52,504 nt of DNA from NCBI GenBank assembly GCA_002269645.1, contig NIVC01000935.1:1-52504 (forward strand), given 5' to 3'. The stretch is from Macrostomum lignano (lineage: Eukaryota). Numbering within the stretch: the stretch's first letter is position 1; every line of letters begins with the position of its first letter. Both the position numbers and the translations under genes were made by a program. The notes beneath the pieces are model-generated. The model was not told the DNA's origin. It saw only the letters and a list, made by a program, of their open reading frames with translations, and made no database searches. Positions 35,676 to 47,400 of the stretch are shown piece by piece.

Positions 35676-36921
35676 CCGTCAGTTTATGCGGTTTTCTCTG
35701 ACAGTCTGATAGAAGAAATAAAGAGCTGTAAGAACCTTAGACCGCTAGACCCACATCGTAGGAAGTGAGAAAACAAACAATAAAACCCCCAGAGAAAAAA
35801 ACGTATAGTGACTATGTTCACCCTGATGCGAATTTCTCTAGTTTCTGACGATCAAGCCTCGACAGTGGGCAGTGGACAGTGAGCCTCGACAGTCTCTCAA
35901 GCATTCCGTCATCACCCCGACGCCGTGGGCACCTTCAGCAGGTGGCACCAGATGACTATGAAGATCCTTGTTGCAACAATGTCAGATTTTTCTTATCAAG
36001 CTTCAATAATGGGCAAACTTTAACTCCTGGTCATTCTCAGCTAGACTCTCAAACCGTCTATTATCACCCGATGTGATGACGTAAACGTATTGACGTAATT
36101 GGTTAATTGAACTGAATTTTCGCCTAGAGAAAAAATTACACAAAAAAACTATCAACTTTTCTGTATCGACTCAAGATCAAGTAATAAAAGTAACTACATT
36201 GCTAGATCTAAAAATAAAATCTCTTTTGGGTGTCTATAGTTCTATTTTTGTCTTCTTGAAGGTACAGTCGTACAGAGGTGTCGGGGTGATGACGGAATGC
36301 TTGAGAGACTAGCTGAGGATGTGCAGCAGTTGGGGCTTGCCCACTGTCGAGGCTTGATCGGCGAAACTAGAGAGATTTGCATCAGGGTGTCCATAGTCAC
36401 CTAGTGCCACCTGTTGAAGGTCCAGAAGCTCCGCTTGGGTGAAGTTACCAACGCAGTTACCAACGAAGTCCGAGCTGATGCAGACACATGTGTTCGACAT
36501 GCTGATGAAATTTGGAGACTTGGCAAGGCAGTACTGAGGCGCACAGGGGTGTACTGAATGCACTGGCGCTTATGGGAAAAATCCGACCTTCTGGCAGAAT
36601 CGTCGAATATTTCGACGCTCCAGAGGGCAACAAAAATTGAGCACTACAGCTACATTTGATTGAATAGCATTAAAATTTTCTATTTCACTTATGTTTTATA
36701 TTGCACAAATTTTCACTAAAATAGCCAACAGCTATAGTATGAACAGAATACTAACTTTGTATCAGAAATTTCGGAAATATAGAATTGCAAAACATGTTGA
36801 TTAATTATTAAGTGTCTTAATCCACTTCACCGCTTCGGTGTGTTTGTGCGATATTGCACTTTAATCAAATTCTTATAGAGAGTGGCGCAATTGCCACAGC
36901 ACAGTTATCACACATTCAAAT

Positions 36922-37715
36922 TAATCACCCACCACAATCACCCTCCACAATCACCCACCACAATCACTCACCACGATCACCCACCACAATCACCCACCAC
37001 AATCACCCACCACAATCACCCTCCACAATCACCCACCACAATCACCCACCACAATCACCCACCACAATCACCCTCCACAATCACCCACCACAATCACCCT
37101 CAACAATCACCCACCACGATCACCCACCACAATCACCCTCCACAATCACCCACCACAATCACCCACCACAATCACCCACCACAATCACCCTCCATAATCA
37201 CCCACCACAATCACCCACCACAATCACCCACCATAATCACCCACCACAATCACCCACCACAATCATCCTCCATAATCACCCACCACAATCACTCACCACA
37301 ATCACCCACCACAATCACCCACCACAATCACCCTCCACAATCACCCACCACAATCACCCACCACAATCACCCTCCATAATCACCCACCACAATCACCCAC
37401 CACAATCACCCACCATAATCACCCACCACAATCACCCACCACAATCACCCTCCATAATCACCCACCACAATCACTCACCACAATCACCCACCACAATCAC
37501 CCTCCACAATCACCCACCACAATCACCCACCACAATCACCCACCACAATCACCCTCCATAATCACCCACCACAATCACCCACCACAATCACCCACCACAA
37601 TCACCCTCCATAATCACCCACCACAATCACTCACCACAATCACCCACCACAATCACCCACCACAATCACCCACCACAATCACCCACCACAATCACCCACC
37701 ACAATCACCCACCAT
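36922..37715. repeat. 13-bp C/A-rich minisatellite (CACAATCACCCAC)
   Basis: About 60 visible copies with minor variants. Confidence 0.95.
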
Positions 37716-37744
37716 CACCAATTTCAATAAATAAAAACTCTGAT

Positions 37745-38130
37745 GGGGGGTTTCACAAACTCGAAATTTCACAACGTCGAAAGCACCTTCTTTCACAAGG
37801 TCGAAATTTCACATCGAAAACTTTAGCAAGGGACTTCATAAGTCGAAATTTCACAAGGTCGAAATTTCACAACGTAGAAAACTACTGTATAGTTCTTGTT
37901 ATATTAAATTTTCGACGTTGTGAAATTTCGACCTTGTGAAAGTGGCTGCCATTTGACTTTTCAACGTTGTGAAATTTCGACCTTGTGAAGTCCTTTGCTA
38001 GAGTTTTCGGTGTTGTGAAATTTCGACCTTGTGAAGTCCTTTGCTAGAGTTTTCGATGTTGTGAAGTTTCGACCTTGTGAAATAATTTACTTTTCGACGT
38101 TGTGAAATTTCGACCTTGTGAAAGCACCCC
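37745..38130. mobile_element. 386-bp MITE with an 8-bp TSD and subterminal repeats
   Basis: Termini GGGGGGTTTCACAA / TTGTGAAAGCACCCC and an exact TSD ACTCTGAT at 37737-37744 and 38131-38138. TCGAAATTTCACAA motifs are arrayed in opposite orientation in the two halves. Superfamily uncertain (GG termini with an 8-bp TSD could be Merlin- or MULE-like). Confidence 0.85.
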
Positions 38131-39119
38131 ACTCTGATCTATTTCAACGCAAAGCATTTATTTTACTTTTCTATTTAAAAAAAACTTGTAGCCAAATATG
38201 TGCGCCATTGATATCATATGGGATGCAAAACAAATATTAATAGAATTTTTAGAGCGAAAAATTACCGATGGAGTAACAGGCGTACTGTGTCGAGCAGAGT
38301 TAATGGGGGATCAATGGTTATTGCTAATAGTTCACACATACTAAAAACAAAGGACACACGGGACAGGTTTGCACGGGTTGGCGGAATGAACAGGGGGGGT
38401 CACGAAGTCACTATATGATTTGCAATATAAAAACACTTTGCAGAAATCTCTTCGGATTAAAAGTAAAGAGAAAGTAATTATTTATCTACGCGTTATATAA
38501 ATTCAAAACTCATCAAATGGGTTTTTAGCTGACTTACAATGGTCTTTCAATACTACTTACTAATTAAGTAGGCTTGGTGTCAACTGAAGTGGCGGGGATG
38601 ACAAATGACAACGAAAATTGCCAGGCGAAGCTGCTTATAGGTTGGAAATTTACTATTAACAATAATTATGCATTTTCGGTATGAAGCATCTAATTATTCT
38701 TTTTTCACTATAATCTGTCAGAAATTCCCGCCGCAACTGTAGAATCAAATAGCCGTGCACGCGTCAGTTACTGTTAGTAGCGCAGCAACGAATATTGCAA
38801 CCTTTTTGCTATTAATGTATAAATTTACCAGGGAGCCCAACTCTAGGATTTAGGGTGGGAAATATCTGCCTACATGTAAGTCGCAGATAATTGGACACAT
38901 TATTTGAACGACTCTCATCAGCTCAGTTCATATTGATCCCGTCTACAGAACTTTACATCAGTTTCCAGATCAAATACAAATTAGGCCATTTTGTTGGCGG
39001 CGGCAAGATATAGGAATTTGCTGCGTATCTCCGGACTTAACAGAGTGCGCGAACTCGCTCCTGCTGTGCACATTGGAAGCATTGTGATTCAGTGAGCGTC
39101 AGCTACATGGGTGCCAAAA

Positions 39120-40212
39120 TTGGGGTATCAGGGGGGTTGATTGGGGTATCGGTATCGGGGGGGGTTGATTGGGGCATTCGGGGGGTTGATTGGGGTATCA
39201 GGGGGGTTGATTGGGGTATCAGGGGGTTGATTGGGGTATCAGGGGGTTGATTGGGGTATCAGGGGGGATTGATTGGGGTATCAGGGGGTTGATTGGGGTA
39301 TCAGGGGGTTGATTGGGGTATCAGGGGGGATTGATTGGGGTATCAGGGGTTGATTGGGGTATCGGTATCGGGGGGGGGTTGATTGGGGCATTCGGGGGGT
39401 TGATTGTGGTATCAGGGGTTGATTGGGGTATCAGGGGGTTGATTGGGGTATCAGGGGCGATTGATTGGGGTATCAGGGGGTTGATTGGGGTATCAGGGGG
39501 TTGATTGGGGTATCAGGGGTTGATTGGGGTATCAGGGGGATTGATTGGGGTATCAGGGGGTTGATTGGGGTATCGGGGGGATTGATTGGGGTTATCGGGG
39601 GGTTAATTGGGTATCGGGGGGGGGGGTTAATTGGGGTATCGGTATCGGGGGGGGGGTTGATTGGGGTATCAAGGGCGGGTTGATTGGGGCATTCGGGGGG
39701 GGTTGATTGGGGTATCAGGGGGGATTGATTGGGGTATCGGGGGGTTGATTGGGGTATCGAGGGGGTTGATTGGGGTATCAGGGGGTTGATTGGGGTATCA
39801 GGGGCGATTGATTGGGGTATCAGGGGGTTGATTGGGGTATCAGGGGGTTGATTGGGGTATCAGGGGGTTGATTGGGGTATCAGGGGGATTGATTGGGGTA
39901 TCAGGGGGTTGATTGGGGTATCGGGGGGATTGATTGGGGTTATCGGGGGTTAATTGGGTATTTCGGGGGGGTTTATTGGGGTATCGGTATCGGGGGGGGG
40001 TTGATTGGGGTATCAAGGGCGGGTTGATTGGGGCATTCGGGGGGGTTGATTGGGGTATCAGGGGGGATTGATTGGGGTATCGGGGGGTTGATTGGGGTAT
40101 CGAGGGGGTTAATTGGGTTATTGGGTATCGGGGGGGTTGATTGGGGTATCAGGGGGGGTTGATTGGGGTATCAGGGGGGTTGATTGTGGGGTATCGGGGG
40201 GGGGGGGTTGAT
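39120..40212. repeat. ~20-bp G-rich minisatellite (GGGGTTGATTGGGGTATCAG)
   Basis: About 50 copies with variable G-run length, downstream of the NCS gene. Confidence 0.95.
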
Positions 40213-40456
40213 TGGAGCAACAAACATGGACAATTGAAACCCAACTCAAATTCCCATCACATCATCTTTGCAGTTAAAATTAATCTGGTATTTTAAGTTT
40301 TTTTGCGTTTAAAGTTTCAGTACGAATAAAAACGAAGCTGAGGAGTGGGCCAAGCGAGCCGCTGTTTGAGCTGTGATGAGCTTGTGCTGCGGGTGTGATT
40401 AGTCGGAAAGTCGATTTAGTGAGGAGCTGGGAAGGCTGAGGGCGGCATCGGCCTCA

Positions 40457-41393
40457 TCACTCTGCGGGCTCGTCGGCTAGCAGCATGGAGTAGAGCTGCT
40501 TGTCCGCCAGGCAGCCCTTCATGAACTCGTCCCGGCACAGAACGCCGTCCTTGTTCAGGTCCATCTTGTCGAAGATCTCCTCCGTTCGAGCCTCCGGCGT
40601 TATGTCGACGTTGGACTCGTCCGCGCCCAGCATGCTGTAGATTGCCTGCGGGCGGGGTGAGGGTGCAGGTGAGGATGCGGGTGAGGGTGCGGGGTGAGGA
40701 TGCGGGGTGAGGGTGCGGGGTGAGGGTGCGGGGTGAGGATGCGGGGTGAGGGTGCGGGTGAGGGTGCGGGGTGAGGGTGCGGGGTGAGGGTGCGGGGTGA
40801 GGATGCGGGGTGAGGGTGCGGGGTGAGGGTGCGGGGTGAGGGTGCGGGGTGAGGGTGCGGGGTGAGGGTGCGGGGTGAGGGTGCGGAGCGAGGGCGCGGG
40901 GTGAGGGTGCGGGGTGAGGGTGCGAGTGAGGGTGCGAGTGAGGGTGCGGGGTGAGGGTGCGGGGTGAGGGTGCGGGTGAGGGTGCGGGGTGAGGGTGCAG
41001 GTGAGGGCGCGGGTGAGGTTGCGGGTGAGGGTGCGGGGTGAGGGTGCGGGGTGAGGGTGCGGGGTGAGGGTGCGGGGTGAGGGTGCGGGGTAGAGATGAA
41101 TCAAATGACAGTTTTATTACCTTGATAATTTCTACCATCTCGTTGCGCTCGATGGTGCCGTTGCCGTCAATGTCGTACATCTGGAAGGCCCACTCCAGCT
41201 TTTCCTGCGGCTTGCCACCCGAAGTGATGTTGATAGCCAGCAGGAACTCCTTGAAGTCAATCTTACCGGAATTGTCCTTGTCGAAGGTGCGGAACACGTG
41301 GGTGCAGAACTCCTCGGCGTTACCGTCGGGAAAGAAGCCGGAGTACACCTCGATGAACTTCTTCTTGCTGAGCTGGCCGGAGGGACAGTCGCG
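40457..41393 (-). CDS. Neuronal calcium sensor (neurocalcin / NCS-2-like EF-hand protein), 5'-partial; exons 41393-41121 and 40645-40457
   Basis: [91 protein letters not shown] | AIYSML...[25 protein letters not shown] is the recoverin/NCS family with EF2-EF4 loops. The exon encoding the N-terminus is not in the window. Confidence 0.95.
40650..41092. repeat. 13-bp G-rich minisatellite (GGGGTGAGGGTGC) filling the last NCS intron
   Basis: Occupies almost all of intron 40646-41120. Confidence 0.95.
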
Positions 41394-41424
41394 CTGGGGA
41401 GTTTTTAGAAGTGGGAGGATCTGC

Positions 41425-44400
41425 GTCCTTGACTGTTTAACTCTGTGTCCTTGACTGTTTATCTCCGTGTCCTTGACTGTTTAACTCCGTGTCCTTGACT
41501 GTTTAACTCCGTGTCCTTGACTGTTTAACTCCGTGTCCTTGACTGTTTAACTCCGTGTCCTTGACTGTTTAACTCCGTGTCCTTGACTGTTTAACTCCGT
41601 GTCCTTGACTGTTTAACTCTGTGTCCTTGACTGTTTAACTCCGTGTCCTTGACTGTTTAACTCCGTGTCCTTGACTGTTTAACTCCGTGTCCTTGACTGT
41701 TTAACTCTGTGTCCTTGACTGTTTAACTCCGTGTCCTTGACTGTTTAACTCTGTGTCCTTGACTGTTTAACTCCGTGTCCTTGACTGTTTAACTCTGTGT
41801 CCTTGACTGTTTAACTCTGTGTCCTTGACTGTTTAACTTTGTGTCCTTGACTGTTTAACTCCGTGTCCTTGACTGTTTAACTTTGTGTCCTTGACTGTTT
41901 AACTCCGTGTCCTTGACTGTTTAACTCTGTGTCCTTGACTGTTTAACTCTGTGTCCTTGACTGTTTAACTCCGTGTCCTTGACTGTTTAACTCTGTGTCC
42001 TTGACTGTTTAACTCTGTGTCCTTGACTGTTTAACTCTGTGTCCTTGACTGTTTAACTTGTGTCCTTGACTGTTTAACTCCGTGTCCTTGACTGTTTAAC
42101 TCCGTGTCCTTGACTGTTTAACTCTGTGTCCTTGACTGTTTAACTCTGTGTCCTTGACTGTTTAACTCTGTGTCCTTGACTGTTTAACTCCGTGTCCTTG
42201 ACTGTTTAACTCTGTGTCCTTGACTGTTTAACTCTGTGTCCTTGACTGTTTAACTCTGTGTCCTTGACTGTTTAACTCTGTGTCCTTGACTGTTTAACTC
42301 CGTGTCCTTGACTGTTTAACTCTGTGTCCTTGACTGTTTAACTCTGTGTCCTTGACTGTTTAACTCTGTGTCCTTGACTGTTTAACTCTGTGTCCTTGAC
42401 TGTTTAACTCTGTGTCCTTGACTGTTTAACTCTGTGTCCTTGACTGTTTAACTCTGTGTCCTTGACTGTTTAACTCTGTGTCCTTGACTGTTTAACTCTG
42501 TGTCCTTGACTGTTTAACTCCGTGTCCTTGACTGTTTAACTCCGTGTCCTTGACTGTTTAACTCTGTGTCCTTGACTGTTTAACTTTGTGTCCTTGACTG
42601 TTTAACTCTGTGTCCTTGACTGTTTAACTCCGTGTCCTTGACTGTTTAACTCTGTGTCCTTGACTGTTTAACTCTGTGTCCTTGACTGTTTAACTCTGTG
42701 TCCTTGACTGTTTAACTCCGTGTCCTTGACTGTTTAACTCTGTGTCCTTGACTGTTTAACTCTGTGTCCTTGACTGTTTAACTCTGTGTCCTTGACTGTT
42801 TAACTCTGTGTCCTTGACTGTTTAACTCCGTGTCCTTGACTGTTTAACTCCGTGTCCTTGACTGTTTAACTCTGTGTCCTTGACTGTTTAACTCTGTGTC
42901 CTTGACTGTTTAACTCTGTGTCCTTGACTGTTTAACTCTGTGTCCTTGACTGTTTAACTCTGTGTCCTTGACTGTTTAACTCTGTGTCCTTGACTGTTTA
43001 ACTCCGTGTCCTTGACTGTTTAACTCTGTGTCCTTGACTGTTTAACTCTGTGTCCTTGACTGTTTAACTCTGTGTCCTTGACTGTTTAACTCCGTGTCCT
43101 TGACTGTTTAACTCTGTGTCCTTGACTGTTTAACTTTGTGTCCTTGACTGTTTAACTCCGTGTCCTTGACTGTTTAACTCTGTGTCCTTGACTGTTTAAC
43201 TCTGTGTCCTTGACTGTTTAACTCTGTGTCCTTGACTGTTTAACTTGTGTCCTTGACTGTTTAACTCCGTGTCCTTGACTGTTTAACTCCGTGTCCTTGA
43301 CTGTTTAACTCTGTGTCCTTGACTGTTTAACTCTGTGTCCTTGACTGTTTAACTCCGTGTCCTTGACTGTTTAACTTTGTGTCCTTGACTGTTTAACTCC
43401 GTGTCCTTGACTGTTTAACTCCGTGTCCTTGACTGTTTAACTCTGTGTCCTTGACTGTTTAACTCTGTGTCCTTGACTGTTTAACTCTGTGTCCTTGACT
43501 GTTTAACTCTGTGTCCTTGACTGTTTAACTCTGTGTCCTTGACTGTTTAACTCCGTGTCCTTGACTGTTTAACTCTGTGTCCTTGACTGTTTAACTCTGT
43601 GTCCTTGACTGTTTAACTCTGTGTCCTTGACTGTTTAACTCTGTGTCCTTGACTGTTTAACTTGTGTCCTTGACTGTTTAACTCTGTGTCCTTGACTGTT
43701 TAACTCTGTGTCCTTGACTGTTTAACTTGTGTCCTTGACTGTTTAACTCTGTGTCCTTGACTGTTTAACTTGTGTCCTTGACTGTTTAACTCTGTGTCCT
43801 TGACTGTTTAACTCTGTGTCCTTGACTGTTTAACTCTGTGTCCTTGACTGTTTAACTCTGTGTCCTTGACTGTTTAACTTGTGTCCTTGACTGTTTAACT
43901 CTGTGTCCTTGACTGTTTAACTGTGTCCTTGACTGTTTAACTCTGTGTCCTTGACTGTTTAACTCCGTGTCCTTGACTGTTTAACTCTGTGTCCTTGACT
44001 GTTTAACTCTGTGTCCTTGACTGTTTAACTCTGTGTCCTTGACTGTTTAACTCTGTGTCCTTGACTGTTTAACTCTGTGTCCTTGACTGTTTAACTCTGT
44101 GTCCTTGACTGTTTAACTTGTGTCCTTGACTGTTTAACTCTGTGTCCTTGACTGTTTAACTGTGTCCTTGACTGTTTAACTCTGTGTCCTTGACTGTTTA
44201 ACTCCGTGTCCTTGACTGTTTAACTCTGTGTCCTTGACTGTTTAACTCTGTGTCCTTGACTGTTTAACTCGTGTCCTTGACTGTTTAACTCTGTGTCCTT
44301 GACTGTTTAACTCTGTGTCCTTGACTGTTTAACTCTGTGTCCTTGACTGTTTAACTCTGTGTCCTTGACTGTTTAACTCTGTGTCCTTGACTGTTTAACT

Positions 44401-47400
44401 CTGTGTCCTTGACTGTTTAACTCTGTGTCCTTGACTGTTTAACTCTGTGTCCTTGACTGTTTAACTCTGTGTCCTTGACTGTTTAACTCTGTGTCCTTGA
44501 CTGTTTAACTCCGTGTCCTTGACTGTTTAACTCTGTGTCCTTGACTGTTTAACTCTGTGTCCTTGACTGTTTAACTCTGTGTCCTTGACTGTTTAACTCT
44601 GTGTCCTTGACTGTTTAACTCTGTGTCCTTGACTGTTTAACTCTGTGTCCTTGACTGTTTAACTCTGTGTCCTTGACTGTTTAACTCTGTGTCCTTGACT
44701 GTTTAACTCTGTGTCCTTGACTGTTTAACTCTGTGTCCTTGACTGTTTAACTCTGTGTCCTTGACTGTTTAACTCTGTGTCCTTGACTGTTTAACTCTGT
44801 GTCCTTGACTGTTTAACTCTGTGTCCTTGACTGTTTAACTCTGTGTCCTTGACTGTTTAACTCTGTGTCCTTGACTGTTTAACTCTGTGTCCTTGACTGT
44901 TTAACTCTGTGTCCTTGACTGTTTAACTCTGTGTCCTTGACTGTTTAACTCTGTGTCCTTGACTGTTTAACTCTGTGTCCTTGACTGTTTAACTCTGTGT
45001 CCTTGACTGTTTAACTCTGTGTCCTTGACTGTTTAACTCTGTGTCCTTGACTGTTTAACTCTGTGTCCTTGACTGTTTAACTCCGTGTCCTTGACTGTTT
45101 AACTCTGTGTCCTTGACTGTTTAACTTGTGTCCTTGACTGTTTAACTCCGTGTCCTTGACTGTTTAACTCTGTGTCCTTGACTGTTTAACTCTGTGTCCT
45201 TGACTGTTTAACTCCGTGTCCTTGACTGTTTAACTCTGTGTCCTTGACTGTTTAACTCTGTGTCCTTGACTGTTTAACTCCGTGTCCTTGACTGTTTAAC
45301 TCGTGTCCTTGACTGTTTAACTCTGTGTCCTTGACTGTTTAACTCCGTGTCCTTGACTGTTTAACTCTGTGTCCTTGACTGTTTAACTCTGTGTCCTTGA
45401 CTGTTTAACTCTGTGTCCTTGACTGTTTAACTCTGTGTCCTTGACTGTTTAACTCTGTGTCCTTGACTGTTTAACTCCGTGTCCTTGACTGTTTAACTCT
45501 GTGTCCTTGACTGTTTAACTCTGTGTCCTTGACTGTTTAACTCTGTGTCCTTGACTGTTTAACTCTGTGTCCTTGACTGTTTAACTCTGTGTCCTTGACT
45601 GTTTAACTCTGTGTCCTTGACTGTTTAACTCTGTGTCCTTGACTGTTTAACTCTGTGTCCTTGACTGTTTAACTCTGTGTCCTTGACTGTTTAACTCTGT
45701 GTCCTTGACTGTTTAACTCTGTGTCCTTGACTGTTTAACTCTGTGTCCTTGACTGTTTAACTCTGTGTCCTTGACTGTTTAACTCTGTGTCCTTGACTGT
45801 TTAACTCTGTGTCCTTGACTGTTTAACTCTGTGTCCTTGACTGTTTAACTCTGTGTCCTTGACTGTTTAACTCTGTGTCCTTGACTGTTTAACTCTGTGT
45901 CCTTGACTGTTTAACTCTGTGTCCTTGACTGTTTAACTCTGTGTCCTTGACTGTTTAACTCTGTGTCCTTGACTGTTTAACTCTGTGTCCTTGACTGTTT
46001 AACTCTGTGTCCTTGACTGTTTAACTCTGTGTCCTTGACTGTTTAACTCCGTGTCCTTGACTGTTTAACTCTGTGTCCTTGACTGTTTAACTCTGTGTCC
46101 TTGACTGTTTAACTCCGTGTCCTTGACTGTTTAACTCTGTGTCCTTGACTGTTTAACTTGTGTCCTTGACTGTTTAACTCCGTGTCCTTGACTGTTTAAC
46201 TCTGTGTCCTTGACTGTTTAACTCTGTGTCCTTGACTGTTTAACTCCGTGTCCTTGACTGTTTAACTCTGTGTCCTTGACTGTTTAACTCTGTGTCCTTG
46301 ACTGTTTAACTCCGTGTCCTTGACTGTTTAACTCTGTGTCCTTGACTGTTTAACTCTGTGTCCTTGACTGTTTAACTCTGTGTCCTTGACTGTTTAACTC
46401 TGTGTCCTTGACTGTTTAACTCTGTGTCCTTGACTGTTTAACTCTGTGTCCTTGACTGTTTAACTCTGTGTCCTTGACTGTTTAACTCTGTGTCCTTGAC
46501 TGTTTAACTCTGTGTCCTTGACTGTTTAACTCTGTGTCCTTGACTGTTTAACTCTGTGTCCTTGACTGTTTAACTCTGTGTCCTTGACTGTTTAACTCCG
46601 TGTCCTTGACTGTTTAACTCTGTGTCCTTGACTGTTTAACTCTGTGTCCTTGACTGTTTAACTCTGTGTCCTTGACTGTTTAACTCTGTGTCCTTGACTG
46701 TTTAACTCTGTGTCCTTGACTGTTTAACTCTGTGTCCTTGACTGTTTAACTCTGTGTCCTTGACTGTTTAACTCTGTGTCCTTGACTGTTTAACTCTGTG
46801 TCCTTGACTGTTTAACTCTGTGTCCTTGACTGTTTAACTCTGTGTCCTTGACTGTTTAACTCTGTGTCCTTGACTGTTTAACTCTGTGTCCTTGACTGTT
46901 TAACTCTGTGTCCTTGACTGTTTAACTCTGTGTCCTTGACTGTTTAACTCTGTGTCCTTGACTGTTTAACTCTGTGTCCTTGACTGTTTAACTCTGTGTC
47001 CTTGACTGTTTAACTCTGTGTCCTTGACTGTTTAACTCTGTGTCCTTGACTGTTTAACTCTGTGTCCTTGACTGTTTAACTCTGTGTCCTTGACTGTTTA
47101 ACTTGTGTCCTTGACTGTTTAACTCTGTGTCCTTGACTGTTTAACTCTGTGTCCTTGACTGTTTAACTCTGTGTCCTTGACTGTTTAACTCTGTGTCCTT
47201 GACTGTTTAACTCTGTGTCCTTGACTGTTTAACTCTGTGTCCTTGACTGTTTAACTCTGTGTCCTTGACTGTTTAACTCTGTGTCCTTGACTGTTTAACT
47301 CTGTGTCCTTGACTGTTTAACTCTGTGTCCTTGACTGTTTAACTCTGTGTCCTTGACTGTTTAACTCTGTGTCCTTGACTGTTTAACTCTGTGTCCTTGA

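Larger units (their letters stand above)
33437..36628. repeat. Inverted duplication: 33437-~33800 (+) versus ~36277-36628 (-), plus a partial third direct copy at ~35838-35960
   Basis: GCCCTCCGGAGTGTCGAAATATTCGACGATTCTGCCAGAAGGTCGGATTTTTCCCATAAGCGCCAGTGC at 33437 is the near-exact reverse complement of the sequence ending at 36628. No TSD at the outer ends. Confidence 0.88.

Noticed and set aside
34773-35768. 331-aa ORF with AAGTHFG repeats
   Set aside because: It arises from a 21-bp repeat inside a TIR/TSD-bounded non-autonomous element and has no domain signature.
40416-41348. 310-aa EF-hand ORF with a [11 protein letters not shown] tail
   Set aside because: It is read-through into an intronic 13-bp repeat. 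Splicing 41121 to 40645 restores a normal NCS protein.
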